DNA from: Candidatus Adlerbacteria bacterium
GTDB taxonomy: Bacteria > Patescibacteriota > Minisyncoccia > Phycocordibacterales > SBAW01
DNA length: 64,000 nucleotides
NCBI GenBank assembly: GCA_037135035.1
Contig: JBAXLB010000002.1
Coordinates: 4,993 to 68,992 of the forward strand
Direction of reading: 5' to 3'
Below are positions 1 through 9,194 of the stretch, piece by piece (within the stretch, counting starts at the first letter, position 1; each line of letters begins with the position of its first letter). The notes under the pieces are model-generated. The model was not told the DNA's origin. It saw only the letters and a program-made list of their open reading frames with translations, and ran no database searches. A program made the translations under genes and the position numbers.

Positions 1-850
1 CAAATGAGAGGTGCTTTTCGAGCCATGCGGCGTGGCACGTGGCCTGCTCTTCGCTGAGCCGGACCAGGCGGCGCGTGACGGGTTTGAAACCGTCTACCCA
101 CGAATGGGTGCCGAGGACGCGACCCTCAGCAAACACAATCACCATGCCTCCTCCCTTATACGAAGCGGTACAGAAACCTTTCTGGGCGTCCATACCGCTT
201 CCCACAAGGGGAAACGGAGTTGTTTATTGAGAAGAACCCTTCCCGCCAAGGGCGATTTTGGGCAAAAAGAAAACCACATAGTAAGTCGAAAGAGATAGGG
301 AGGGTCTAATACTTAATATTCCTAGCACCGCTACGCCTATATATTTCCGAACTATGTGGGTAACTAACCCGTCAAATCACTCTGACAATTGGAGTATACA
401 CAACCTGTTGTTTTTGTCAAGCATAATTGGCACATATGTCTAAAAATAGTCAAATATACCTATAATTTAAGCCATATTTTCATTTACTAAAAGTCAGTAT
501 AGTATGACATAAATATATTTATTCAAAAAATAATTTGACTTTATTCTTTGACTATGCTACTCTTATTTCTGTAGGGAGGAAGCGGGATATGCCCGGCCCG
601 GCCCCCCTGGCGTAGTGTGTAAAATCGGGCTTTTTGGCAAGAAGGAGTTTTGTCATGAGGCAGTTCCTGGAAGGCACTGGCGGCGGGGCCTAGCCCAAAA
701 GCCGCACAGTGGAAAAATCGATGATTTGAGGGAGTCGCACAAGCGGACCTAAGGGTCCTCTCAACAAGATTCCCTCAGGAGGGCGGCTCTAAGGTTATGC
801 GTGCACATCACACATTTCCAAAGAGCTGCCCTCTCTCTGTATACAACACC

Positions 851-1606
851 CTACTGCTCCTCCTGGCCAATACCCCATAAGAGCGCAAAAATGGTTTCCA
901 TACTTTGAGTGATTTCCTTACTCTCCACGACAATTCCGAAAATCTTTCCACGCAAGCCCATAATAGCAACCGTATCTTTGTATATATAAATATCAGAGCG
1001 TATAGACATGCGTTCGTACGGAATAAATCTACGTTCTGTATGCGGGACAATATCGTCAGGTTTAAAAGGGCCAGTTTTTTGAGAATAAACAGCTTTGAGG
1101 TGGATACCCTTGTCTGCACGTTTTTGTGCGTATGAGAAAAGTTCTTCTTCGGTATAAATTTCGCCCCAAGAATCAGGACAATAAATGAGTTTCAGTTCAG
1201 TCCCTTTTGGTAAATTCAGGATATTCTCGCGCATAGCAGTAATACCTTCTTTACCGTCAAAAAACCGCACAACGGGGCGTTCGCCGGCGCCTTCAAACTT
1301 TTGCATGAGTTCTGGCAAGAATTCGTGCAGTTCTTTTTCTTGTATCTCAAGCTCTTTGCGTTTGAGGTCAAAGATTCGCTTCAGAGACTCTGGCGACTCG
1401 GGGGCAAAAAAAGTTTTCTTCCCTTCTTCATACGTACTCATCAAACCTTTTTTCATCAACGACTCGAGCTGTACGTAGGTTGTCGAGCGTACAATTTTTG
1501 ACTGTTTCGCAAGTTGGTCGGCAGTTGCGGCGCCAATTTCAAGCGCTGCGGCATATACTTTTGCTTCTTTTTCCGAAAGTCCCAAGTCTTCAAGTTGTTT
1601 TTGCAT
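851..1606 (-). CDS. TrmB-family HTH transcriptional regulator (paralog 1 of 5)
   Basis: 251 aa. N-terminal wHTH resembles the TrmB family (LGLSEKEAKVYAAALEIGAATADQLAKQSKIVRSTTYVQLESLMKKGL). Same architecture as the ORFs at 6343, 24397, 28996 and 41749. Confidence 0.75.
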   Translation of the reverse strand: MQKQLEDLGLSEKEAKVYAAALEIGAATADQLAKQSKIVRSTTYVQLESLMKKGLMSTYEEGKKTFFAPESPESLKRIFDLKRKELEIQEKELHEFLPELMQKFEGAGERPVVRFFDGKEGITAMRENILNLPKGTELKLIYCPDSWGEIYTEEELFSYAQKRADKGIHLKAVYSQKTGPFKPDDIVPHTERRFIPYERMSIRSDIYIYKDTVAIMGLRGKIFGIVVESKEITQSMETIFALLWGIGQEEQ

Positions 1607-1645
1607 TGCGTTTAGTATACAAGAAAAAACTGGTATTCTTTTACT

Positions 1646-2362
1646 ATGCCTCCGAAATCAATGGGTAACGTCATACCCTTCAAAAAAGCTGAAGCTAAAG
1701 AAAAACTTCCGCCCCTCCCTCCACCGGCAGAAAGCAAAGATGCTCTTATAGAAAATACTTTTAATTCAATAGTGCTCAATCAGTTACAAGGCACCTTCGA
1801 AGATAATTTATTTGAATCTGGTTTTTCGACAGAGGAAGTAGACCGCACACTAAGAGGTCTTATCTCAATGAAGTTTGAAGATGCAGCACGCGCAATGGCG
1901 ATTCCCGCAGAACTTGCAAAAAGAAACTTGGCTTCGCTCCATTCAAAAATAGAGCACGGGCAACTCACATTCGAAACTGCCGCTTCATATCTTCTTACAG
2001 AAGCAGTCAAACATGGTTTTGGTGTTGGGTATCATAATTCTCCTACTGAAATCCGCCCTGACGCGAAAGGTTCCTGGTTTATCAAACCAACGGAACAAGA
2101 CCATCGGGACAATGACCTGGGCATGGCGTATTATTCGACATCATATAAAACTCTCTATCGCAAAAAAGCACCTAAATATTTGTATATCGTCAGGACCCTT
2201 GCTGACACAAGCCGCACTGACGGTAATTGGAGTCGCGGTCCAGGACTTTCAATTGTTGCAATGATGCCTATTGAGTACGTAGATGAGACAGTAAGCACTA
2301 AAGTGAAAGAAAAATTAGAATCTGCAGAGAATACTGAGCAAAAGAAACAAGCCGCAGGCTAA
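1646..2362 (+). CDS. hypothetical protein
   Basis: 238-aa ORF divergent from the TrmB gene. No recognisable motif. A terminator hairpin lies just downstream. Confidence 0.5.
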   Translation: MPPKSMGNVIPFKKAEAKEKLPPLPPPAESKDALIENTFNSIVLNQLQGTFEDNLFESGFSTEEVDRTLRGLISMKFEDAARAMAIPAELAKRNLASLHSKIEHGQLTFETAASYLLTEAVKHGFGVGYHNSPTEIRPDAKGSWFIKPTEQDHRDNDLGMAYYSTSYKTLYRKKAPKYLYIVRTLADTSRTDGNWSRGPGLSIVAMMPIEYVDETVSTKVKEKLESAENTEQKKQAAG

Positions 2363-2370
2363 TAGCAAAA

Positions 2371-2395
2371 CGGCACCATGGATTGCATGGTGCCG
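2371..2395 (-). terminator. intrinsic terminator hairpin (CGGCACCATG-gattg-CATGGTGCCG) followed by a U-run on the minus strand
   Basis: Perfect 10-bp stem. On the minus strand it is followed by UUUUGCUAUU. It sits 30 nt after the stop of the 2425..2706 ORF. Confidence 0.6.
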
Positions 2396-2424
2396 TGCGA
2401 TGATGGTCGGCAGGGTTCGAGAAC

Positions 2425-2706
2425 CTACCTGGGGAAAGAGAACTGGAACTTGATGATCTCCTGGAGCCGCTCGAACGGCATCTCGGAGATCCACTCCCTG
2501 AAGGTCGCGTCGGACGCAGCATGTGCGCTGATCGCATCGAGGGTCTGGTCGACATTGAAGTCACTCCCCTTGAACTGGGAGATCACTTTCTTGCCGAAAA
2601 AAATGTCGGCTGAAGACTGTTGCCACCTTAAGCCGGTGGTCTGTTTCTCCCTGGTCCAGGAGCCCAGAAATGATCTGAGCTCCCTCATCCTTTCTTCGAA
2701 CAACAT
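2425..2706 (-). CDS. small hypothetical protein in a GC-rich islet (moron-like)
   Basis: 93 aa. GC is visibly higher than the flanks. Good SD (GGGAGG, 5 nt before the ATG), its own upstream TATACT-like box and a downstream terminator. Confidence 0.5.
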   Translation of the reverse strand: MLFEERMRELRSFLGSWTREKQTTGLRWQQSSADIFFGKKVISQFKGSDFNVDQTLDAISAHAASDATFREWISEMPFERLQEIIKFQFSFPR

Positions 2707-2817
2707 AATGACCTCCCTGCCTCTTACGAGGCGGATTAAGAACAGAATACTAGTATAATACTAATAGATAGCTTTGTCAAGCTCCAAAAAACCTTAAAAA
2801 TTGATACTATTTAACGT

Positions 2818-3450
2818 ATGCAACACAATAAATTCAATCCTGAGAGGGCAGAACTCGTGCCTATGGTTATCGAAAAAACGCCATTTGGCGAACGCGCGTT
2901 TGACATTTATTCGCGCTTGCTTAAAGACCGTATTATTTTTCTCGGTGGCCCAATCGAGGACTACACCGCAAACGTCGTTATCGCGCAGTTGCTCTTTTTG
3001 GCATCGGAAGACCCTAAAAAAGACATTCAGCTCTACATCAACTCCCCCGGCGGCTCGGTCACAGCCACACTCGCCATGCTCGACACGATGAACTACATCA
3101 AGCCAGACGTCGCGACTGTCTGCATTGGTATTGCAGCGTCCGGTGCTGCGATAATGCTCGCCGGCGGCACAAAGGGAAAGCGTTTTGCACTGCCCAACGC
3201 CGAAGTGATGATCCACCAGCCATGGGGCGGTGCACAGGGCCAAGCAACTGATATTGAAATTACCGCAAAGCACATTATTGCAACCCGCGACCGCTTGAAC
3301 AAAATCTTGGCAAAGGCCAGCGGCCAGCCGCTTTCAAAAATCGAAAAAGACGTCGAACGTGACTATTTCATGAGCGCAGAAGAAGCCAAAAAATACGGCG
3401 TCATTGACGACATCTTTGGCCACAAAGGTGCGCAAGTAGGCAAAAAATAG
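2818..3450 (+). CDS. clpP: ATP-dependent Clp protease proteolytic subunit
   Basis: 210 aa. ClpP catalytic-triad context is present (GIAASGAA with Ser, MIHQP with His, Asp near the C-terminus). Family-typical FLGGPIED... N-terminus. Confidence 0.93.
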   Translation: MQHNKFNPERAELVPMVIEKTPFGERAFDIYSRLLKDRIIFLGGPIEDYTANVVIAQLLFLASEDPKKDIQLYINSPGGSVTATLAMLDTMNYIKPDVATVCIGIAASGAAIMLAGGTKGKRFALPNAEVMIHQPWGGAQGQATDIEITAKHIIATRDRLNKILAKASGQPLSKIEKDVERDYFMSAEEAKKYGVIDDIFGHKGAQVGKK

Positions 3451-3565
3451 TAGCCCGAGGCAATCTTGCCGAAAGCCCAACTCCCTGGTATTGTGGGTTG
3501 GTGCCTCGCCCGTTTGGGCTACGGCCAAAGGCTTTTCTTCTTAATGAAATTTATGTCCCCCTTAT

Positions 3566-5098
3566 ATGTTTACCAAAACCGTACTGGCACTTGCCGTGAT
3601 GGCAGGGTTCTGCCTCGGCGCCGCACTTGGCTATTGGCTACGCCTGGTCCTGCTGCGCGCTCGTAAAAACTCGCTCGAAATCGAAGTCCAAAAGATAGTA
3701 CTCGACGCACAAGTAGAAGCAAAGACAGTTGTAGAAAAAGCCGAAGCCGCCGCCAAAGAAAAAGCCGCCGCCGTTGAAAGCGAATTAAAGGAAAAAGAGG
3801 AAAAAATTACCCGCGCCGAAGACCGGGTTTTTAAACGTGAAGAACAGGTAGACAAAAAACAGACCGAACTCGACAGCGAAGTTGCTGCGGTCAAAAGCCG
3901 TATCGAAGAGGTAAAAACTATTAAAGAAAAGGCCGAAGGCTTGCTTGTGGAACGCTCCAGTGAACTTGCAAAAGTAGCAGGTTTAAGCAAAGAGCAGGCT
4001 CTTACCCAGCTCCATGCCGAACTCGAGCGCGAGGCTGGCGACGACCTTATGATGCGCGTCGCCAAACTTGAACGCGACGGTATGGAAAAGTTAGAGCGCC
4101 GCGCGAAGGAAATTTTGACAACCGCCATACACCGCCTGGGCAACTCGGTTGCATCAGACACTATGGCCACCGCCGTGACCATTCCCAACGACGAAATTAA
4201 AGGCAAAATTATAGGCAAAGAAGGCCGCAACATTAAAGCGTTTGAACGCGCAACAGGTGTGGAAGTGATAATCGACGACACGCCAGGCTCTATTGTCCTC
4301 TCCTCGTTCGACCCAATGCGCCGTGCCGTTGCCCGCATGGCACTCGAAAACTTGATACTCGACGGCCGCATCCAACCTGCAAAAATCGAAGAGGCTGCCG
4401 ACAAAGCCCGCGCCGACATAGGCAAAATAATTAAAGAAAAAGCCGACGCTGCATGTTTTGAAACGGGTGTCCTTAACTTGGACCCACGTTTGATGACCGT
4501 GCTTGGCCGCCTCCACTTCCGCACCTCTTTTGGGCAGTCGGTGCTCCAGCACTCGACAGAAATGGCGCACATCGCCGGCATGATAGCCGAAGAGCTTGGC
4601 GCAAACGTGCAGGTTGCAAAGGCAGGTGCCTTGCTGCACGACATCGGCAAAGCCCTGGACCACGAAGTACAGGGCACCCATGTGGAAATCGGCCGCCGCA
4701 TATTGCAAAAGTTTGGTGTGTCGGAAGAGGTGGTGAAGGCAATGCAGGCCCACCACGAAGAATATCCGTACGAAACGGTGGAGAGCATCATTGTGCAGGT
4801 TGCCGACGCGATTTCCGGCGGCCGCCCAGGTGCGCGCCGCGACAGTGTCGAAAATTACTTGAAGCGCCTTGGTGATATTGAAGAAATCGCCAACTCGTTT
4901 GCAGGAGTCGAGAAATGTTACGCAATTTCTGCAGGCCGCGAAGTGCGTGTCTTTGTAAAACCCGAAGAGATGACCGACTTCCAGTCACGCGAACTTGCCC
5001 GCAATATTGCTAACCGCATCGAAAACGAATTGAAATATCCTGGCGAAGTAAAAGTAAACGTCATCCGCGAAAGTCGTTCGATAGAGTTTGCTCGCTAA
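3566..5098 (+). CDS. rny: ribonuclease Y
   Basis: 510 aa. N-terminal TM helix, long coiled-coil region, KH domain (GKIIGKEGRNIKAFERATGVEVIIDD) and HD domain (LLHDIGKA). Confidence 0.92.
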   Translation: MFTKTVLALAVMAGFCLGAALGYWLRLVLLRARKNSLEIEVQKIVLDAQVEAKTVVEKAEAAAKEKAAAVESELKEKEEKITRAEDRVFKREEQVDKKQTELDSEVAAVKSRIEEVKTIKEKAEGLLVERSSELAKVAGLSKEQALTQLHAELEREAGDDLMMRVAKLERDGMEKLERRAKEILTTAIHRLGNSVASDTMATAVTIPNDEIKGKIIGKEGRNIKAFERATGVEVIIDDTPGSIVLSSFDPMRRAVARMALENLILDGRIQPAKIEEAADKARADIGKIIKEKADAACFETGVLNLDPRLMTVLGRLHFRTSFGQSVLQHSTEMAHIAGMIAEELGANVQVAKAGALLHDIGKALDHEVQGTHVEIGRRILQKFGVSEEVVKAMQAHHEEYPYETVESIIVQVADAISGGRPGARRDSVENYLKRLGDIEEIANSFAGVEKCYAISAGREVRVFVKPEEMTDFQSRELARNIANRIENELKYPGEVKVNVIRESRSIEFAR

Positions 5099-5116
5099 CT
5101 AATAGAAATAAAAAGA

Positions 5117-5146
5117 AACCGCCTCGGACAACCGGGGCGGTTTTTA
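5117..5146. terminator. intrinsic terminator after rny (CCGCCTCGG-acaa-CCGGGGCGG + TTTTT), bidirectional
   Basis: 9-bp GC stem plus a T5 run directly after the rny stop. It overlaps the stop of the convergent ORF 5144..5467. Confidence 0.8.
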
Positions 5147-5467
5147 CTTAAAAAAACTGCGCTGCCATGGCGATAGACTCGCCAAAAAACGAGCGTATTT
5201 TTGAGACCTTTCATGTGCTTCATTTGAACGCTTACCGTACATATTGAGCTTAAGATCCTCAATACGTTTAATAAGGGATGGCGTAGAATGTTCTTCTGTC
5301 AGAATTATTTCTGAGAAGTGAGTCGACCATCCACTATAGAAAACTAACTTGTGTTTTCCGCGAGAATGATTCGGCGTAATGAGGAATTGGAAGTAGATAG
5401 GTCCTCCAAATTTGTCCGCAAGCAGATCCTCTTTCTTCTTTCTCTTAGAACGTTTTGCCTTTTTCAT
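5144..5467 (-). CDS. small basic hypothetical protein
   Basis: 107 aa. Lys-rich N-terminus. SD GAGGAG 7 nt before the ATG. Its leader is the conserved element E1. Confidence 0.5.
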   Translation of the reverse strand: MKKAKRSKRKKKEDLLADKFGGPIYFQFLITPNHSRGKHKLVFYSGWSTHFSEIILTEEHSTPSLIKRIEDLKLNMYGKRSNEAHERSQKYARFLASLSPWQRSFFK

Positions 5468-5481
5468 TTGAGTCTCCTCTC

Positions 5482-5552
5482 AAAAATCTATCTCGATGAA
5501 TCTTCGAATTTCTTCAAAGACTCAATAGAGAGGAGAAGTTGTAAGCTTCTCC
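5482..5552. repeat. conserved leader element E1 (52-bp conserved block ending CTCAATAGAGAGG plus a 7-bp-stem hairpin)
   Basis: About 90% identical over ~52 bp to 40937..40990 (E3). A diverged copy is at 5809..5860 (E2). Each is followed by a hairpin of different sequence but equal structure. Confidence 0.7.
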
Positions 5553-5564
5553 TACACACATCTC

Positions 5565-5786
5565 CTACTGAGAGGCCCAGTCCAGCACGACCTTTGCTAC
5601 GACGTGCCTCACAACCCTCAACGTCTCGCGACCAACGCGCGGGGTTCGGAGGATCTCCGCTTCGGTCACGACGCGATTCAGGACATCGCCTACCGTCACC
5701 CACCCTTCCCTTTCGATAACTTCGAGTTGATAGCGATGATGATCCGGCCAATAATCACGAAGTTTTTGGTTCATTACATCGCTCAT
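5565..5786 (-). CDS. small hypothetical protein, GC-rich islet
   Basis: 73 aa. SD AGGAGA. High GC. Element E2 is upstream and the E1 hairpin is downstream, where it acts as a terminator-like structure. Confidence 0.5.
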   Translation of the reverse strand: MSDVMNQKLRDYWPDHHRYQLEVIEREGWVTVGDVLNRVVTEAEILRTPRVGRETLRVVRHVVAKVVLDWASQ

Positions 5787-5808
5787 TGAAGTCTCCTGTG
5801 GTTATTTG

Positions 5809-5878
5809 AAAGATCTATTCTCTCTTGAACACCCGACTGTCCAGATTCTCAATAGAGAGGAAGAAATTTCTTTCTTCC
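5809..5878. repeat. conserved leader element E2 (diverged copy plus GGAAGAAA-tttc-TTTCTTCC hairpin)
   Basis: Shares AAAGATCT...TTCTC and the CTCAATAGAGAGG core with E1 and E3. Its hairpin covaries. Confidence 0.6.
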
Positions 5879-5888
5879 CTTAGTGTTT

Positions 5889-6140
5889 TTAGTCGTTATA
5901 CCTCGGGAGCATTTCATTTAGTTCCTCAATGGAGATCACCTGATAGGTAGTTTCCTTCGTCGACGACCCCCCTTCCGACGACTTGTCTTCTTTTTTGGGA
6001 GATAGTGTCCCCAGCACCTTGTTCGCTTCCTCCTGGGAACCATGGAAGGAATGCACTTCCTTCCGGCTCCAGGCATGGAATTTGCCATACGACTTTGAAC
6101 AACCCTTGTTCTCAGTAATAATGATGTACTGAACCTGCAT
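5889..6140 (-). CDS. small hypothetical protein, GC-rich islet
   Basis: 83 aa. Strong SD (AGGAGGG). Own TTGACA-N16-TACTCT promoter-like boxes and two 5'-UTR hairpins. Confidence 0.5.
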   Translation of the reverse strand: MQVQYIIITENKGCSKSYGKFHAWSRKEVHSFHGSQEEANKVLGTLSPKKEDKSSEGGSSTKETTYQVISIEELNEMLPRYND

Positions 6141-6342
6141 GATGCCCTCCTAAGGCTGTAAGGCCGTTGGCCTGTTTTGATGAACTCTGTACTGACAACA
6201 GAGTACCAGATTTGGTAGATTTGTCAATTTAATGGGCTATATAATTAGCTCAAATAGCTTTATTTAAGAACGTATTTTGTACATATTGGTAAAAATCATC
6301 AAAAATATTGACTAAAATGGACATTTAGTATACGCTAGAGAT

Positions 6343-7077
6343 ATGCAGTTAAAAGAAGCGTTGCAAACTATAGGGCTCTCCGAGAAGCAAACCGCTGTCT
6401 ATTTGGCACTGTTGCAGCTTGGCCGCGGCTCGGCATATTCTATTGCTCTCAAAAGCGGGCTCAAAAAACCCACCACCTACGTTATTTTGGACGAGCTGAT
6501 AGAGAAAGGCTTAGTCTCTCGTGTGCCGCGCGTCAAAAAACAGCTCTATGTCCCCCACTCGCCACAAGAGGTCTTTGCCACAGCTGAAGAAAAGTTTGCA
6601 CTAGCAAAAGCAACACTGCCCGAGCTGCTCGCGCTAACCAAAGGCACCGACACAAAAGTAAATACTCTTTACTTTGAAGGTGTCGAGGGTATCAAACAGC
6701 TGATGGAATATCGCGCTAAAGAAATGCACGGCAAAGAGATGGTCGGGTTCTATGCCACGGATGTTAACGCCGACCCAGAGCTAGTGCGATATTTTAAGGA
6801 CGAATGGGCAGACAAAATGTTGAAGTTACATATCCCTGTGCGTATGATAGCTCCCGAACATGCGTCCCTCAAAGACTATCGCGATGCAGACGCAAAATAT
6901 AACAGGCAGCTAAAAACCGTTCCGTATGCAGAGTATTCGTCCGAAGTTGCTATAGACGTGCTTGGCGACATTGTGCGCATACAAGATTATAAAAATTTGC
7001 AGGGAGTTGCGATAGAAAATGCCGACGTTGCAAAAACAGTGCGACAGATTTTTGAATTGGTGTGGAAAAAATTGTAA
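6343..7077 (+). CDS. TrmB-family HTH transcriptional regulator (paralog 2)
   Basis: 244 aa. wHTH LGLSEKQTAVYLALLQLGRGSAYSIALKSGLKKPTTYVILDELIEKGL. Close paralog of 41749..42483. Confidence 0.75.
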   Translation: MQLKEALQTIGLSEKQTAVYLALLQLGRGSAYSIALKSGLKKPTTYVILDELIEKGLVSRVPRVKKQLYVPHSPQEVFATAEEKFALAKATLPELLALTKGTDTKVNTLYFEGVEGIKQLMEYRAKEMHGKEMVGFYATDVNADPELVRYFKDEWADKMLKLHIPVRMIAPEHASLKDYRDADAKYNRQLKTVPYAEYSSEVAIDVLGDIVRIQDYKNLQGVAIENADVAKTVRQIFELVWKKL

Positions 7078-7214
7078 GCGGTGGATAAAAATTCATTTAT
7101 TAATTAACTTTTCATGTTGATTATGGTAAACTAGTAGAGGACACGTTCGCGCAAAGGCCCTTTGCCACAGTGGTGGAGGGTCTTTTGCGTATCAAAAGAT
7201 GCTAAAATAGAAAT

Positions 7215-7736
7215 ATGGGCAATGAGACTATAAAAATTCATAACGTAGCTTTTATTGACGGACAAAACCTCCATTTAGGCACAAAAGAATGTGGCTGGGT
7301 GATAAATCATAAAAGATTTAGAGTATACCTTTCAGAAAAATATAATATTCAGGAAGCCTATTACTATTTAGGTTTCGTCTCAGACGGAGAGCAGGATCTA
7401 TACGACAAACTCCAAAAAGCCGGTTTTATCCTTTCGTTTAGAGACCATTCAGCTGCGCTTAAGGGAAATAAAAAAGGCAATGTTGACTGCGATATTGTAT
7501 TTGGTGCCATGAAAAAACTAGCAGAAAACGAGCCCTTCGATACAGTTTTTATAGTGTCTGGGGATGGCGATTATAAAAGAATGGTCGACTATTTAGTTAA
7601 AAAAGGAAAGTTCGGCAAAATGTTATTTCCAAACAGGAAGTTCGCCTCTTCTCTATATCACAGCTTAGGAGGAGAATACTTCGACTATCTCGAATCAGCT
7701 GATGTCAAAGCCAAGATAGCCCATACCCATAAATGA
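7215..7736 (+). CDS. NYN-domain (LabA-like, PIN-fold) protein, paralog 1
   Basis: 173 aa. FIDGQNL at the N-terminus and the SGDGDY acidic motif typical of NYN/LabA. Confidence 0.7.
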   Translation: MGNETIKIHNVAFIDGQNLHLGTKECGWVINHKRFRVYLSEKYNIQEAYYYLGFVSDGEQDLYDKLQKAGFILSFRDHSAALKGNKKGNVDCDIVFGAMKKLAENEPFDTVFIVSGDGDYKRMVDYLVKKGKFGKMLFPNRKFASSLYHSLGGEYFDYLESADVKAKIAHTHK

Positions 7737-8096
7737 AAAGGGCCCCTTAGGCACAAAAGCCGTTCGGGTCCCTCTTCGTGTTAATACAGTTACAGTATAC
7801 ACAAAAAGCAGCGGGAAGCAAGTTTTCCACAGAAAATATATGGCCTTGTTGAGCCAAAAAACTCCACGAATAGAGTCTTCATGTAATTTTTAAACTTCAA
7901 TTTTATTGGAAAATAAACTGTAACAGGAATGCGAGACTCCTCTGTAGTAAAACTTTTTATATTATTGAGTAAAAATATTGCAATATATTTATTTTTTGTC
8001 AAATATTTCTATCCCCGTGGCTCTGTTGCGCGGTTTTTTAGGGCGTATATACTAATGGGCGCAGGGCACAGTCTTTTAACCACCTAGCTCATACGT

Positions 8097-8369
8097 ATGA
8101 ACAAACAAGATATAGCAGAAAAAGTGCACGGAGTCCTTGGCGGAACCAAGGCCGATGCAGAACGTGCCGTTGAAACTATGATAGACACCATCGTTGCCTC
8201 TTTAAAGAAAGGCGAAGATGTTTCTATCGCAGGTTTGGGCATCTTTAAGACAAAAATGCGTGCAGCACGCACCGCCCGCAACCCGCGCACTGGCGCAACC
8301 GTACAGGTTGCCGCAATGACAGTGCCTAAGTTCCAGGCTGCAAAAGCACTCAAAGAAGCAGTAAAATAG
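8097..8369 (+). CDS. hup: DNA-binding protein HU
   Basis: 90 aa. HU/IHF fold signature (GLGIFKTKMRAARTARNPRTGATVQV). Strong terminator downstream. Confidence 0.92.
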   Translation: MNKQDIAEKVHGVLGGTKADAERAVETMIDTIVASLKKGEDVSIAGLGIFKTKMRAARTARNPRTGATVQVAAMTVPKFQAAKALKEAVK

Positions 8370-8413
8370 GTAGCATTTCCAATGCGCCTGCCAGCCTTAG
8401 GCTGGTTTGAAGC

Positions 8414-8444
8414 AAAAACACCGCCCTTGGGGCGGTGTTTTTGC
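8414..8444 (+). terminator. intrinsic terminator after hup
   Basis: ACACCGCCC-ttgg-GGCGGTGT stem followed by TTTTTG. Confidence 0.8.
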
Positions 8445-8519
8445 TTAAGAACTTTTACATATAGCCGCTAAACTAGTTGTACCCAAACTTCATTGACCCA
8501 ACACACTAGATGATATAGA

Positions 8520-9194
8520 GTGTATCCATACACGCCCCAGCTAGCCGCAAGGTCCGCTGGGGTTGTTCGTGCCCAAATCTGCTACAATAGCGGACACGTG
8601 GAGACAATTTTACTCATAGACGGAGAGAATTTTAAGGGCAAAATCCGCTCTGTGTTCAAAGACACAAAGAAGGACAAACCCGTGTGGCACGAATACGACT
8701 TTAAGGGTCTGCTTGATAAAGTGTTGAAAGATATTCCTCTCGATAGAAAGGTCTTTTACTTTGCTCGTATTAAAGAACACGATGATAGCAAAGAAAAATC
8801 AAAACAGTTAGTTGAGGAGCAACGCCAACTCAAAACCCATCTGGAGAAGCAGGGTTTTGAGGTTATTTTGAGCGGTCGAGTACGTGGGCAAATGGAAGAA
8901 GGTCAAAGCGGAAAAAAGGTACTTGTATTCAAAGAAAAAGGCGTTGATGTAAAAATCGCCGTCGACATGGTGAGCTTGGCGTGCGATAAGAAAGTTAAAG
9001 AAATAATACTTGGGAGCTCCGATTCAGACTTGCAACCCGCTATCAAAGAAGTTCGCGACAGAAAAATAAGCTGCGTATATCTCGGCTTCGAGGCACAGCC
9101 AAATAAAGGTCTTTCGTTTACCACCAGTAGAACCCTTTTAATACGCAACTCGGAGATTTTGGAATTTGAGAAAACACAGCAGACTCTCATTTAA
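8520..9194 (+). CDS. NYN-domain (LabA-like) protein, paralog 2
   Basis: 224-aa ORF. NYN motifs LLIDGENF and GSSDSD. The true start may be the GTG near 8598 (VETILLIDGENF). The stop codon abuts the hup 3'-end duplicate. Confidence 0.65.
   Translation: MYPYTPQLAARSAGVVRAQICYNSGHVETILLIDGENFKGKIRSVFKDTKKDKPVWHEYDFKGLLDKVLKDIPLDRKVFYFARIKEHDDSKEKSKQLVEEQRQLKTHLEKQGFEVILSGRVRGQMEEGQSGKKVLVFKEKGVDVKIAVDMVSLACDKKVKEIILGSSDSDLQPAIKEVRDRKISCVYLGFEAQPNKGLSFTTSRTLLIRNSEILEFEKTQQTLI

Noticed and set aside
1-230. Calling rnpB (RNase P RNA) on the minus strand
   Set aside because: There is some resemblance in the P4-P5 region, but the universally conserved GGAAAG and the 3' ACAGAA…CCGGCUUA partner are not visible. 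The latter would lie outside the window anyway. Resemblance is too weak to list as a feature.
11-298. 95-aa and 63-aa plus-strand ORFs at the window start
   Set aside because: No RBS and odd composition. They lie in a hairpin-dense GC-rich stretch that looks like structured RNA rather than a coding region.
3631-4791. 386-aa minus-strand ORF antisense to rny, plus nested 200-aa and 89-aa ORFs
   Set aside because: Antisense shadow ORFs inside a high-confidence gene. Low-complexity Ser/Ala/Arg-rich translation.
5482-5552. Integron attC-like or IS200/IS605-end interpretation of the conserved element plus hairpin
   Set aside because: No R''/R' inverse-core boxes (RYYYAAC/GTTRRRY), no extrahelical-base asymmetry, no integrase or TnpA/TnpB nearby. 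In IS605 ends the hairpin sequence is what is conserved, whereas here the hairpin varies and the flank is conserved. Left as an uncharacterised repeat or leader.
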